A DNA stretch of 60,768 nt from an uncultured Nitrospirales bacterium (GTDB lineage: Bacteria > Nitrospirota > Nitrospiria > Nitrospirales > NS-4). Under the pieces are notes generated by a model. That model saw only the letters and a program-made list of their open reading frames with translations. It was not told where the DNA came from and ran no database searches. The position numbers were made by a program, and so were the translations under genes. Below are positions 35,880-47,662 of the stretch, one piece after another; within the stretch, counting starts at the first letter, position 1; every line of letters starts with the position of its first letter. The DNA lies in assembly GCA_964610095.1 (NCBI GenBank), contig CAZSUT010000004.1, positions 1-60,768 of the forward strand, read 5' to 3'.

Positions 35880-37307
35880 ATGCCTGACGCCGACCAGCCA
35901 TCCGACCAAGTTCCTATCCGGCAGTCCATCCTCTCCCCATGGATGACTGCCGCCTACGGACTCTTCGTCAGCGTGTATCTCGGGCTTGCCGTCGTCCCGT
36001 CCTCCTCGTCGCGACTGGACCAACTGGATCATCCGGAAGAATCACTGGAGCGGCTCGTGTCCCGCGACCTGGACATGCGAGAGGCGCTCCACCGGGCTGC
36101 CGACTGGAAGCGGGCGCTGTATGTGGCCTTCGCCGGTCCCGAGGACACGCTGGGCGACGCGATCGCCTGGTACGACGAGCTCGTCGGTGCGGGTCCTGCT
36201 CCTCTCACCCAACTCTATCGGGTCATCCTGCTGGGGGAGTACGGCCAGCTGAACCGTGTGGGAGCCGCGCTGGTTCCCTGGGAGTTTCAGGGCGAGTCGG
36301 CCGCTCGGATGGCGCAGTGGGTCCGGGCGGCTTACCTGACGCCCGCGCTCGATCGGGAGACGGGGCGGTCGCTGGTGGCGGAGATCCGCTCAGAGCTGAC
36401 TCCGGGCTGGTTTGCTGATGTGCTGGTCGCGCGCGTGGCCGCCGCGATGGGAGATCAGGCCGTCCAGGACAAGGCGGCGGCTACCATCGTCGCGCGCGGG
36501 GAAGTGTTGCTCGATCGCTGGATCAGCTTGATTCTGGGACAGCTAGTCCTGCTGGCGCTCGGCACGGTGGTTCTTGGCAGAGTTCTGACGAGGCGCCTAT
36601 CGTTAGTGGTCGGGAACGCGCCCTTGCCGCCCCTCTGGTCGCAACAGGACGGCCTCGGGCTCTTCGTGCGGGGGGTGTTCGGGTTTCTGCTCATCGGCCT
36701 GGCGTCCAACCTCCTTCTGCCGAAGGAGTCGTTGTTCACCGGCATCTCGACGCTGGTGGCGGGCGTGCCGATGGTCTGGTGGACCATCCGGTATTTCTCG
36801 CTCCGTGGCTTGCCGTTGCCGCTGGCCTTCGGGTTGAAACTGCAGCCGGGTGGAGTGGCGCGGATCGTCGGGGCGACTCTGGTTATCAGCACGCTGTCGG
36901 TGCTCGGAGAGGTGTTGATCACCGTCGGCAGCGATGCGCTCCACATCAAGGCCCATTGGGCGGACGGGCTGCTGGAGAATCTGTTATGGGGACCGCCGTG
37001 GCTCGTTGCCTGCGAGCTCCTCGACAGCATTCTCTGGGCGCCGCTGATCGAGGAACTGGCGTTCCGCGGCGTGCTCTACGCCACCCTGCGGATGGCGATC
37101 GGGGTGTGGCCGGCAATAGGGGTGAGTGCGGCCTTCTTCGCGCTGGTCCACGGCTACGGGGTGATCGGGTTCGCGTCGGTCTTCTGGAGCGGGGCCCTCT
37201 GGGCGCTGGCCTACGAGCGGACCCGCAGCCTCCTGCCGGCGATCCTCGGCCACGCGATCAACAACCTGTTCGTTTCGGTGGAGTTTATCTGGCTGCTGCG
37301 GGTATAG
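35880..37307 (+). CDS. CPBP (CAAX protease-like) intramembrane metalloprotease with a large N-terminal soluble domain
   Basis: EELAFRG, FALVH, HAINN motifs. Confidence 0.85.
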   Translation: MPDADQPSDQVPIRQSILSPWMTAAYGLFVSVYLGLAVVPSSSSRLDQLDHPEESLERLVSRDLDMREALHRAADWKRALYVAFAGPEDTLGDAIAWYDELVGAGPAPLTQLYRVILLGEYGQLNRVGAALVPWEFQGESAARMAQWVRAAYLTPALDRETGRSLVAEIRSELTPGWFADVLVARVAAAMGDQAVQDKAAATIVARGEVLLDRWISLILGQLVLLALGTVVLGRVLTRRLSLVVGNAPLPPLWSQQDGLGLFVRGVFGFLLIGLASNLLLPKESLFTGISTLVAGVPMVWWTIRYFSLRGLPLPLAFGLKLQPGGVARIVGATLVISTLSVLGEVLITVGSDALHIKAHWADGLLENLLWGPPWLVACELLDSILWAPLIEELAFRGVLYATLRMAIGVWPAIGVSAAFFALVHGYGVIGFASVFWSGALWALAYERTRSLLPAILGHAINNLFVSVEFIWLLRV

Positions 37308-37413
37308 GCCCCGACGCAGTGGAAGGTGAATGAACGATGAATCGATGGCGTAGAAGGATTATCGGTGGAAGGGAAGGAGCGTAAGAGTTACAAGCTAGAA
37401 GGAGGGAATCGCA

Positions 37414-37536
37414 ATGTCGCTGATGTGTACGATGCAGGAGTGCAAGCAGATGTCCGGCATGTGCAAGCATGAAAAGATGATGCTTGGCGTTTTGCTGATA
37501 TTGATTGTTGGTGCGGGCTACTTTCTGTTGAGCTGA
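37414..37536 (+). CDS. 40-aa Cys/Met/His-rich single-pass membrane microprotein (absent from the ORF track)
   Basis: AAGGAGGG RBS; MSLMCTMQECKQMSGMCKHEKMMLGVLLILIVGAGYFLLS*. Confidence 0.7.
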   Translation: MSLMCTMQECKQMSGMCKHEKMMLGVLLILIVGAGYFLLS

Positions 37537-38318
37537 TAGGGTGGGGTGGGCCCGTTCAGGTGATCGGCGACCCAGTTGCTCATCAGGGTCGTCATGAGCT
37601 GAAAATCTTCCGGCTTGGAGAAGTGGTGGTCGGCGTCCGGCAGCCACGCCACAGAGTTCGGACCTCCCAGCGACTCCGATAGCTTCAGGGTCTGGCGAGG
37701 CGGCACGTATTCATCGTGAGCGCCCTGGACGATGAAGGTGGGCGCCGTGACGACCTTCGCCGCGTCGTAGCCGCTATAGCACAGGCTGTCCTCATAGAAC
37801 GCGTACGCCAGCTTGATGCGCCCGCTTCCGCCAGGGACCACGTTCGGGATTGTGTCAGTAGACTTCCATCGGGCCATCCCTGTCTCGCCGAACTCCAACT
37901 GTAGCATCTCCGGAAAATCCGGCACGGGGCACTTGAGCGCCAGGCATGAGAGCTTGGGCCATTTGGCGGCGGCGAGAAGCGCCACCAGCCCCCCAAAGCT
38001 CGATCCCACCAGTGCCAGCTTCCGGTAGCCCTTCGAGTGCATGAGGTCTAATGCGGCCAAGGCCTGACTGACAGCCAGAGAGACGGTGATCCGCTCAAAC
38101 GGGCCCTCGCTCTCGCCCTGCCCAAAGAAGTCGAATCGGAACGTGGCAATGCCCTGAGGAAACAGCAGTTCGGTCAGAGTCTTATTGGTGCGGCTGTTCT
38201 TGTTGGAGAGGAACCCGTGGCAGAGGAACGCCAGTCGGTCCGGGCCATTAGGAGGGGCGACCAGGATTCCTGAGACCGCATGGCCCGCAGGGTCCTTGAA
38301 GGTGAGCGCCTGCTCCAT
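37518..38318 (-). CDS. Alpha/beta fold hydrolase
   Basis: CHGFLS, RFDFFGQGES, GSSFGG nucleophile elbow, QGAHD, ADHHF. Confidence 0.9.
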   Translation of the reverse strand: MEQALTFKDPAGHAVSGILVAPPNGPDRLAFLCHGFLSNKNSRTNKTLTELLFPQGIATFRFDFFGQGESEGPFERITVSLAVSQALAALDLMHSKGYRKLALVGSSFGGLVALLAAAKWPKLSCLALKCPVPDFPEMLQLEFGETGMARWKSTDTIPNVVPGGSGRIKLAYAFYEDSLCYSGYDAAKVVTAPTFIVQGAHDEYVPPRQTLKLSESLGGPNSVAWLPDADHHFSKPEDFQLMTTLMSNWVADHLNGPTPPYQLNRK

Positions 38319-38411
38319 GTTGGGGATTGTAGCAGAGTTCTAGGCGGAGCAACGGGTTAGCGTGATGATCTAGGGAAAGATCGGGATGAGGTTCCCGCAA
38401 GACCAACCGAG

Positions 38412-39194
38412 TTACAGCTTGGCGGAGCGAACGCGGTAGTCCACGTTATCCTGCACCCACTTCCAGAACCGGTCCTGATGGGCTGTGTCAACGCCGGGCT
38501 GCATCTGCTCCTTCCAGCCCTTCATCACCTCTGTGTCCACAGTCCATAGTCGGACCCGTTGCCGGGGGACATGCTTTCGCCACTGTTCACCGACCTTGGG
38601 GCTCACATAGGTCAGTCGAAGAGTGATGTTTCGGGCGAGATACTCCAGCGGGTTCAAATTGATTTGCTCATAGATGGCCCGTGACCCCGCCTTGACGCCG
38701 GGCATATCGGGGATGCCGTCCGTCACCACCATCAGTGTGATGGGAGCAAGGATCAGGTTCCGTTCCTTCGCGATCCGCGCGACTTCTTGGAAGAACGAGT
38801 TGAAATCCGTGATGGTGTCGGAGGGAGGGAACCAGGTCCGCAGATCCGTCCCGATCTGCTCGATGTTCTTCCCCTCGAAGTCGTGGATCGGATGAAAGCT
38901 CTTGGGCTCGCCGGGTTTCTTGCCGCCGATGCTGGCGACGAACAGGGCCTGAGGTTTGGCCAGCCCGCCCAGCTCATGGAGATGGCCGTAAATGTAATGG
39001 GCCAGAAAGGTCATAGCATTGTCGTAATCGTGCTTAAAGGAACCGCTCACATCCACCCCAATGAAGAGGGTCATGGGGGCTTTACGCTGCTGGCTAGGTT
39101 GTTGGCCAGGTTGAAAGTTGCATCCCGCCACTATGACCAACAGGGTCGCAGCACTGACCAGCGAAGCGGTGATAGCGGAACGGAGGCGGCTCAT
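38412..39194 (-). CDS. VWA-domain lipoprotein, function unknown
   Basis: Lipobox VAGC; MIDAS-like DVSGS...T...VTDG. Confidence 0.75.
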   Translation of the reverse strand: MSRLRSAITASLVSAATLLVIVAGCNFQPGQQPSQQRKAPMTLFIGVDVSGSFKHDYDNAMTFLAHYIYGHLHELGGLAKPQALFVASIGGKKPGEPKSFHPIHDFEGKNIEQIGTDLRTWFPPSDTITDFNSFFQEVARIAKERNLILAPITLMVVTDGIPDMPGVKAGSRAIYEQINLNPLEYLARNITLRLTYVSPKVGEQWRKHVPRQRVRLWTVDTEVMKGWKEQMQPGVDTAHQDRFWKWVQDNVDYRVRSAKL

Positions 39195-40432
39195 GACCCA
39201 GCCTTCTTTGGTTGTAAGTGCAACGCGGCCAGGGTTTCCCTGGTCTCCAGAACCTCTTTGAGGCTCTTGAAGGGGATACTAAAGAACGGACGCGAGGTGA
39301 CCAGGATCATGGCAAAGTTCAAGGCCGCGGCCACCACGTGAAGGAACGGAAGCGTGAGATGCTCCATGAGCTCATTGCTTTTTTCGTGCAGCCACTCGAT
39401 CTCTCGCTTAAAGTCCTCGAGCGGAGCGCGCCACCAGCGCTGCATCTCCGCAGAGACAGCCGCATGCTTCACGCCTTCTGCCTCTGGATGGACCAGCGGC
39501 CGGCGGGACATAAAGGCGAGCAGGGGAGGCGTCCCGAACTGCCCGAACAGGAACCAGGTCATGCCGCGCACCCCCAACCAGCCAAAGACTGCCAAGGACA
39601 GCGTGGAGATGATCCCCATCCTGTACTGCTCCTGTGTCTGTTGCGCGATCCAGGGCGAGATGGCGTCCACCAGCTCGCGGTACAGGAACATGACCTCGAA
39701 GAACATCACGAACAATTCGACCAGGAGCATTTGAACGAGGAACTTGTATTCCCGGTTCTTCACGGTCTCGAGTAGAACCTGGAGGCAAGCGTAGCTCCCG
39801 AGAATGAGCAGGAACAGAAAGACGAACAGGAACGGGCCGGTGAACCTATGGGCTTCGACGCCCACCAAGCCGGCCAGCACCTCCGACACAGTTGGGAAGA
39901 GGACATAGCTGAAGATCACCGCCTCAAGCAGGCACCAAAACAGCAACAGTAGGAACGCAATCCACGGGACGCCTGGCTGGAAGTAACTCCGTGTCATGTC
40001 CCCTGTCACCTTGAAGGGCAGGGTGAACACCTGGCGCCCGGTTTCCATGATCAACTTCAGTCCGAGGCGGGCCAGCTCGAACATCCAGCCCACCACCACG
40101 ACGAAAAACCTCCCCAGCCCCACCCAAAACATCCACACCGCGAGCGCGGCGTCCCACCACGCGAGCAGCATCTTCTTGATGAACTCCAAGCGCCCTGAGC
40201 GAAAGGGCAGCGTATAGAGCGAGAGTTGGGTGCACCAGACCGCGCCAATCCATAGGAGGGCAGGGAAGAGAAGAAGGATCCAATAAACTCCGGCAGTCCA
40301 GCCGGAGGCGGAATCGAGGAGAAAGGCGAGGATCTCCCGTTGCATCCCAGGAATCCAGGAAATGGGTGCGGTCACGAATTTCAAGAGGTCCTGCCACTGT
40401 TCGGGCACCAGATTGGTGATGGGGTTAGGCAT
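39191..40432 (-). CDS. Polytopic membrane protein, function unknown
   Basis: About 8 aromatic-rich hydrophobic segments; ATGA-coupled to the VWA gene. Confidence 0.75.
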   Translation of the reverse strand: MPNPITNLVPEQWQDLLKFVTAPISWIPGMQREILAFLLDSASGWTAGVYWILLLFPALLWIGAVWCTQLSLYTLPFRSGRLEFIKKMLLAWWDAALAVWMFWVGLGRFFVVVVGWMFELARLGLKLIMETGRQVFTLPFKVTGDMTRSYFQPGVPWIAFLLLLFWCLLEAVIFSYVLFPTVSEVLAGLVGVEAHRFTGPFLFVFLFLLILGSYACLQVLLETVKNREYKFLVQMLLVELFVMFFEVMFLYRELVDAISPWIAQQTQEQYRMGIISTLSLAVFGWLGVRGMTWFLFGQFGTPPLLAFMSRRPLVHPEAEGVKHAAVSAEMQRWWRAPLEDFKREIEWLHEKSNELMEHLTLPFLHVVAAALNFAMILVTSRPFFSIPFKSLKEVLETRETLAALHLQPKKAGS

Positions 40433-40901
40433 CGGTCTCCCTTTCTCTTGCTATTCGACTACTGTGGTTTCAGGGCCGGGCATCGGACCAGATACTTTTC
40501 TCAACAAAATTGAGCAAAACCGGTGCCTAGGTCTTAGCCCGCTCAGGAATGACCGAGCCTTCACCAATTATTGAAAGATATTCTGCGTTTGCATGACCGT
40601 TTGGCGACTTAGTTTGACAAGGGCTGGTTGTAGGGAATGACCTACAGAATTGACCAATGACACGATTTGTACACTTAGCTAGCTTAAAAATATTCAGTGG
40701 TTATATGATGGTCTTACGACTTGCCGCCAATATGGCAGGTTGTATGGATTGACCGACAGAGTTGACCTATGGCGGATTTTGTACAATTTACTTCAGATTG
40801 ACGGACTGGCATGAAATAAAAGAGGATTTCTCTCTGTTTGTAGAGGATGTATGATAGAGCGGTAAGCAGCGGGTCCTGTCGTCGCACAGCGGGGAAACGG
40901 A

Positions 40902-41789
40902 ATGGCTGACGCCGCCAAACGGCTCTCAACGAATATCGATGGCAACTTCTTCGTAGACACCACTTGCATCAACTGCGACACCTGCCGGCAGTTGGCGCCG
41001 AAATCATTCGTCGAGAATGGCGAATACTCGTCCGTCTATCGCCAGCCGGAGACCGAGTCCGAGCGCTACCAGGCCTATCAGGCGCTCCTGGCCTGTCCCG
41101 TCGGCTCGATCGGTGCTTTGGTGCCCGAAAAGGCTGTGATGCGTGCCGCCACCGAAAGCTTCCCGATGCTGATTGAAGACAACGTCTTCTACAACGGGTT
41201 CAACTCGGAGAAGTCGTTCGGCGCGAACAGCTATTTCATCCGCCATCCTGATGGCAACTGGCTGGTCGATGCGCCCCGGTATGTGAAAAAGCTGGTCGAT
41301 GCCTTCGAGCGGATGGGCGGGATCACGTACATCTTCCTCACGCACGAGGACGACATCGGCGACGCGCCGCGCTACGCCAAGCACTTCGGCGCGAAGCGGG
41401 TCATCCATCGTGCGGACGCGGATGCCCAGCCCGATGCCGAATGGATCATCGACGGGCTGGATCCAGTGGAGGCCTCGCCGGATTTCCGCATCATTCCCGT
41501 GCCGGGTCACACCGACGGCAGCATGGTCCTCCTATATCGGAACCGGTATCTCTTCACGGGCGACCACATATCGTGGGATCGGGAGATCAAAGGCCTGCGC
41601 CTGGCCACCGTCTATGTGTGGAAGGAATCCGCCTTGCGCCGATCAACGGGGAAGCTGCTCGAGTATCCGTTCGAGTGGGTCCTGCCCGGCCACGGCGACC
41701 GCATGCATCTGTCTGCTGACGGGATGCACGAGGAGTTGCAGCTCCTGCTCGCCCGCCGCGTGGCCAGGAAGTCCTTTTCGGCCCCTTGA
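40902..41789 (+). CDS. Ferredoxin-fused MBL-fold metallo-hydrolase
   Basis: CINCDTCRQLAP...CPVGSI ferredoxin; THEDD, PGHT, TGDH, PGHG. Confidence 0.88.
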   Translation: MADAAKRLSTNIDGNFFVDTTCINCDTCRQLAPKSFVENGEYSSVYRQPETESERYQAYQALLACPVGSIGALVPEKAVMRAATESFPMLIEDNVFYNGFNSEKSFGANSYFIRHPDGNWLVDAPRYVKKLVDAFERMGGITYIFLTHEDDIGDAPRYAKHFGAKRVIHRADADAQPDAEWIIDGLDPVEASPDFRIIPVPGHTDGSMVLLYRNRYLFTGDHISWDREIKGLRLATVYVWKESALRRSTGKLLEYPFEWVLPGHGDRMHLSADGMHEELQLLLARRVARKSFSAP

Positions 41790-41824
41790 GGACACCACGG
41801 TAATCGGTCATACTTTACGCACCT

Positions 41825-43900
<2,076 letters not shown>

Positions 43901-43924
43901 CGCCAATCTTTCGGCACCGTGCCG
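43901..43924 (+). promoter_or_regulatory. Degenerate/truncated copy of the enhancer palindrome directly after the activator stop
   Basis: CGCCAATCTTTCGGCA (13/16 match to TGCCGATATTTCGGCA), then CCG TGCCG, after which similarity ends. Confidence 0.5.
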
Positions 43925-44026
43925 TTCTTCCACTCCTGCAGCACCGTGAGCTTCTGCTCGGCAGGCCACCGACGCTTCGACCACGATCGTTCTGGACAGG
44001 TTTCTCCGCACAGGGAGGTCGGCACT

Positions 44027-45139
44027 ATGAGTCATAAGGCTGTTATTATGTTCTCCTTGTTGCCTCTGTTGTTCGTCTCAAACCAGATCTACGCCGACTC
44101 GATCCATTTAGAGCAGATTAAGCTTCCCCCTGGTTTTACAATCGCGGTCTACACGGACAAAGTTCCCAATGCCCGAGGAATGACTTTGGGGAAGAACGGC
44201 ACGGTGTTTGTCGGCTCTCGGGATAAAGGCGACGTCTACGCCGTGGTGGACACTGACGGCGATCAGCGCGCTGATAAAGTCTTTACGATCGCCAGCGGCC
44301 TTCAGATGCCTGTCGGCGTGGCCTATCGGAATGGTTCCTTGTATGTCTCCGCGGTCGATCGCATCCTGCGCTTCGATGAGATCGAACAGCGACTGGCGAA
44401 TCCGCCGAAGCCAGTGATCGTGACGGACCGCTTTCCGCACGAGACGCATCATGGCTGGAAATTCATTGCCTTCGGTCCTGACGGCAAGCTCTATGTGCCG
44501 GTCGGGGCTCCGTGCAACATCTGTGAACCGGATCCCGACCGCTATGCTTTGATCTCGCGTATGAATCCTGATGGCAGCGGATACGAAATCGTGGCGCGCG
44601 GGGTCCGGAACTCTGTCGGCTTCGATTGGGATCCCACGAGCCATGATTTGTGGTTCACGGACAATGGTCGTGATTGGCTCGGAGATGATCAACCGCCGGA
44701 TGAGCTGAATCATGCGCCGAAGCCGGGGATGCATTTTGGCTATCCGTATTGCCATGGCGGGACGATTCCCGATCCGGAGTACGGCAGCAAGCACCCCTGC
44801 AGTGAATTCACGCCACCGACTGTTAATCTCGGTCCCCACGTCGCCTCACTAGGCATGCGCTTTTACACAGGAAAGATGTTCCCTCCGAAATACGAAAACC
44901 AAACCTTCATCGCAGAACATGGCTCGTGGAATCGGAGCAAGAAGATAGGCTATCGCATCACATCAGTGTTACGAGATGAGCAAGGACACCTCCGCTATTC
45001 AGTGTTCGCAGAAGGATGGCTTCAGGGCCAGGAGGCATGGGGGCGCCCCGTTGATGTTCTCGTCATGCCAGACGGTGCCCTGTTGATCTCAGACGATTTG
45101 GCAGGTGTGATTTATCGGATCAGCTATAAAAAACAATAG
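44027..45139 (+). CDS. PQQ-dependent sugar dehydrogenase (glucose/sorbosone dehydrogenase family), exported
   Basis: Signal peptide; LPPGF, HHGWKFIAFGPDGKLY, GVRNSVG, AEHGSWNR, GRPVDV. Confidence 0.88.
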   Translation: MSHKAVIMFSLLPLLFVSNQIYADSIHLEQIKLPPGFTIAVYTDKVPNARGMTLGKNGTVFVGSRDKGDVYAVVDTDGDQRADKVFTIASGLQMPVGVAYRNGSLYVSAVDRILRFDEIEQRLANPPKPVIVTDRFPHETHHGWKFIAFGPDGKLYVPVGAPCNICEPDPDRYALISRMNPDGSGYEIVARGVRNSVGFDWDPTSHDLWFTDNGRDWLGDDQPPDELNHAPKPGMHFGYPYCHGGTIPDPEYGSKHPCSEFTPPTVNLGPHVASLGMRFYTGKMFPPKYENQTFIAEHGSWNRSKKIGYRITSVLRDEQGHLRYSVFAEGWLQGQEAWGRPVDVLVMPDGALLISDDLAGVIYRISYKKQ

Positions 45140-47202
45140 GAGAACCCTTTCTTTCTATTGCTCAAATACTCTTCTTCGCGCTCCTTCTGATCGCCTGGGA
45201 CGTCTCGGCCGATGAACCGGAGTCACCGACGAACCTGGAACCTTTCGTCATCACTGGAACGCGCATTAAGCAGCGAGCCAGTGAAACAGCCGCAAGCGTG
45301 ACGGTCATTACAGCTGAGGATATTCGCCATTCCGCGAGCCAGATGGTCGACGATATCCTAAGACAGGTTCCCGGCTTCAGCCTCTTTCGTCGCTCTTCAA
45401 GCCTCGTGACCCATCCAACCTCCCAGGGCGTGTCCCTGCGAGGCATCGGTCCGAGTGGGGCAAGCCGAGCATTAGTCTTGCTGGACGGTGTGCCCATCAA
45501 CGACCCGTTTGGGGGTTGGGTCTACTGGAATAAGATCCCTCTGCAAGCTATCGAACAGATTGAGGTTGTACGAGGAGGAGGCTCAAGCGTCTGGGGCAAT
45601 TACGCGCTCAGTGGAGTCATCAATATTATCACGAGGCGCCCGACGGAACGCCAAGCCCTCTTCGAAGGGAGTTATGGAAACCACAACACCACCAATCTGG
45701 ACCTTCTAGTGACAGAAACCCGGGAGCCATGGCGCGTCAGCCTTGAAGGCAACTTCTTCGATACAGAGGGCTACCAGATTGTTGAACCATCCTTCCGTGG
45801 AAAAATCGACATCCCGGCAGACTCGAAGCATAGAACATTCAACGGGCGTGTGGAATTCGCCAAGTCCCCCGACCTCATGCTGTTCGTGAGCGGAAATTTC
45901 TTCGATGAAAACCGCGGAAATGGGACACCGCTGCAGTTCAACACAACAGATGCCGGTTCTTTTGCAACCGGCGGTCGCGTCCGAACAGTTGAGGGTAGTG
46001 AGTGGGCGTTTCAGCTGTTCGGACAATTTCAGGGTTTTCGAAGCACCTTCTCTACGCAGGCAGCTGATCGGAATTCGGAAACACTTGCACTCGATCAAAC
46101 CGTGCCCTCTACCTCGTGGGGTGGTTCCGTGCAGTGGAATCACCCCTTTGCGTCACACCTGATCAGCTCCGGCGCTGACTTCCGCTGGATTCAAGGAGAG
46201 ACGGATGAAGCCGTCTTCGGAACCAGCGGGTTCTTGCGTAACCGTGTAGCTGGTGGAGAGCAAGTGATTAGCGGTCTGTTTGTCCAGGACATCTTCACGC
46301 CCAATTCAGACTGGGAACTCGTCGGCGGCGTTCGTGAGGACTACTGGGCCGCCTACAATGGATCACGCCAGGACACACCGCCACCCGCGGGAATCCCAGC
46401 CGGCCAATCATTCGCTGATCTTAGCCGAACCCTCACAAGTCCGCGCCTTGCTGCTCTCTTTCATGCCACTCCATCCACAGACCTTCGCGCCTCCGTCTAT
46501 GAGGGATTCCGCGTCCCGACGATCAACGAGCTCTACAGGGTGTTTCGCGTGCGGAACGATGTGACCGTTGCCAATGCGCAACTGCGTCCGGAACGACTTT
46601 CAGGCGGAGAGATTGGCGTCCAGCAGCGATGGGCGCCCTTCAATGCCTGTCTCACCGCCTTCTGGAATGAGATCACAGACCTCGTGACGAACGTCACCCT
46701 GAGCACACCCCTCCCGGATTGCCCGGCAGGCACGACCTGCCGCCAGCGGCAGAACCTCGATTTGGTCCGGGTCCGAGGGCTCGAAGCGGAGTTGGAGTTT
46801 CGTCCGGCCCCATCATGGCGCTTTCTTGCAACATACGTTTTTCTCGACACACGAGTCGTAGCCGCTTCGCAGCAGCCTAGTCTTGAAGGACTCCGCCTGG
46901 CACAGGTCCCAGAACACAGCCTCACGCTCGTTGTCCGGTACGAGAACTCGGACTGGGTCAATGCTTCTGTCATTACTCGGTACGTCGGCAAGCAGTTTGA
47001 AGACGATGCGAATACACTGCCGCTCGGCAGCTACATCGTTGTAGATCTGTTTCTCTCACGAGCGATAGGCAAGCTAGGCGAAATCTTCGTCGGCATCGAA
47101 AATCTTTTTAACCGGACCTACGCTGTGGGTCGCACCACCGATGGTGTCACTTCCATTGGCGCTCCATTTCTGATCCATGGCGGAGTCCGCTTGAGCTTCT
47201 GA
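45130..47202 (+). CDS. TonB-dependent receptor (start codon unclear)
   Basis: Frame is open from 45130 through a signal-like FLSIAQILFFALLLIAWDVSA, TonB box EPFVITG, plug SLRGIG...LLDGVPIND, IEVVRGG, and C-terminal ENLFN...GVRLSF. Confidence 0.85.
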   Translation, partial: KTIGEPFLSIAQILFFALLLIAWDVSADEPESPTNLEPFVITGTRIKQRASETAASVTVITAEDIRHSASQMVDDILRQVPGFSLFRRSSSLVTHPTSQGVSLRGIGPSGASRALVLLDGVPINDPFGGWVYWNKIPLQAIEQIEVVRGGGSSVWGNYALSGVINIITRRPTERQALFEGSYGNHNTTNLDLLVTETREPWRVSLEGNFFDTEGYQIVEPSFRGKIDIPADSKHRTFNGRVEFAKSPDLMLFVSGNFFDENRGNGTPLQFNTTDAGSFATGGRVRTVEGSEWAFQLFGQFQGFRSTFSTQAADRNSETLALDQTVPSTSWGGSVQWNHPFASHLISSGADFRWIQGETDEAVFGTSGFLRNRVAGGEQVISGLFVQDIFTPNSDWELVGGVREDYWAAYNGSRQDTPPPAGIPAGQSFADLSRTLTSPRLAALFHATPSTDLRASVYEGFRVPTINELYRVFRVRNDVTVANAQLRPERLSGGEIGVQQRWAPFNACLTAFWNEITDLVTNVTLSTPLPDCPAGTTCRQRQNLDLVRVRGLEAELEFRPAPSWRFLATYVFLDTRVVAASQQPSLEGLRLAQVPEHSLTLVVRYENSDWVNASVITRYVGKQFEDDANTLPLGSYIVVDLFLSRAIGKLGEIFVGIENLFNRTYAVGRTTDGVTSIGAPFLIHGGVRLSF

Positions 47203-47250
47203 GGACCGCACTTAGCCGTTTCCGCTAGAGCCTGCCGCAAGCGCGGATGG

Positions 47251-47409
47251 TGCCGATATCTCGGCACGTGCCGATATTTCGGCGCTCCTTCTTCGGCACC
47301 GCATCTCTTTTCAGACAAAAGCGAATCCTTTAGCCAGCTCTAACCAGTAGTCGTTTCAACGACTTAACCGACTTCTTCCACATTGCAGCGCGTCTGGAAT
47401 ATGAATTGC
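47251..47409 (+). promoter_or_regulatory. sigma54 promoter module, copy 1 (enhancer pair + IHF-like site + -24/-12)
   Basis: TGCCGATATCTCGGCA (47251-66), TGCCGATATTTCGGCG (47269-84), TTTCAACGACTTA (47354-66), TGGAATATGAATTGC (47395-409). Confidence 0.78.
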
Positions 47410-47454
47410 CATTACCTGAGGCATGACGCATCTAAGGGAAAGGAGGAACCCCCG

Positions 47455-47649
47455 ATGGAACTGACCTTTACTCTACCGAACGGAACGCGTGCAGGCATTG
47501 TGCCGACGCACGGTCTCAAAGACCTTACGGTTAAGCAATTGGGGTTGGAGTGCCTCGCTCCAGCCAAGGATGTTTCAGTCGTATTCCATGTACCGAACCA
47601 ACAGGCGTTGGATCGAGTCAGGGCACGATTCGGACTGACGGAATGTTGA
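47455..47649 (+). CDS. Small hypothetical protein (64 aa)
   Basis: AAGGAGG RBS; first ORF after the sigma54 promoter. Confidence 0.6.
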   Translation: MELTFTLPNGTRAGIVPTHGLKDLTVKQLGLECLAPAKDVSVVFHVPNQQALDRVRARFGLTEC

Positions 47650-47662
47650 AGGGGAGGCTTCG

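Noticed and set aside
37371-37382. GGGAAGGAGCGT resembling the repeat's right end
   Set aside because: It is an isolated 11/12 match with no partner motif.
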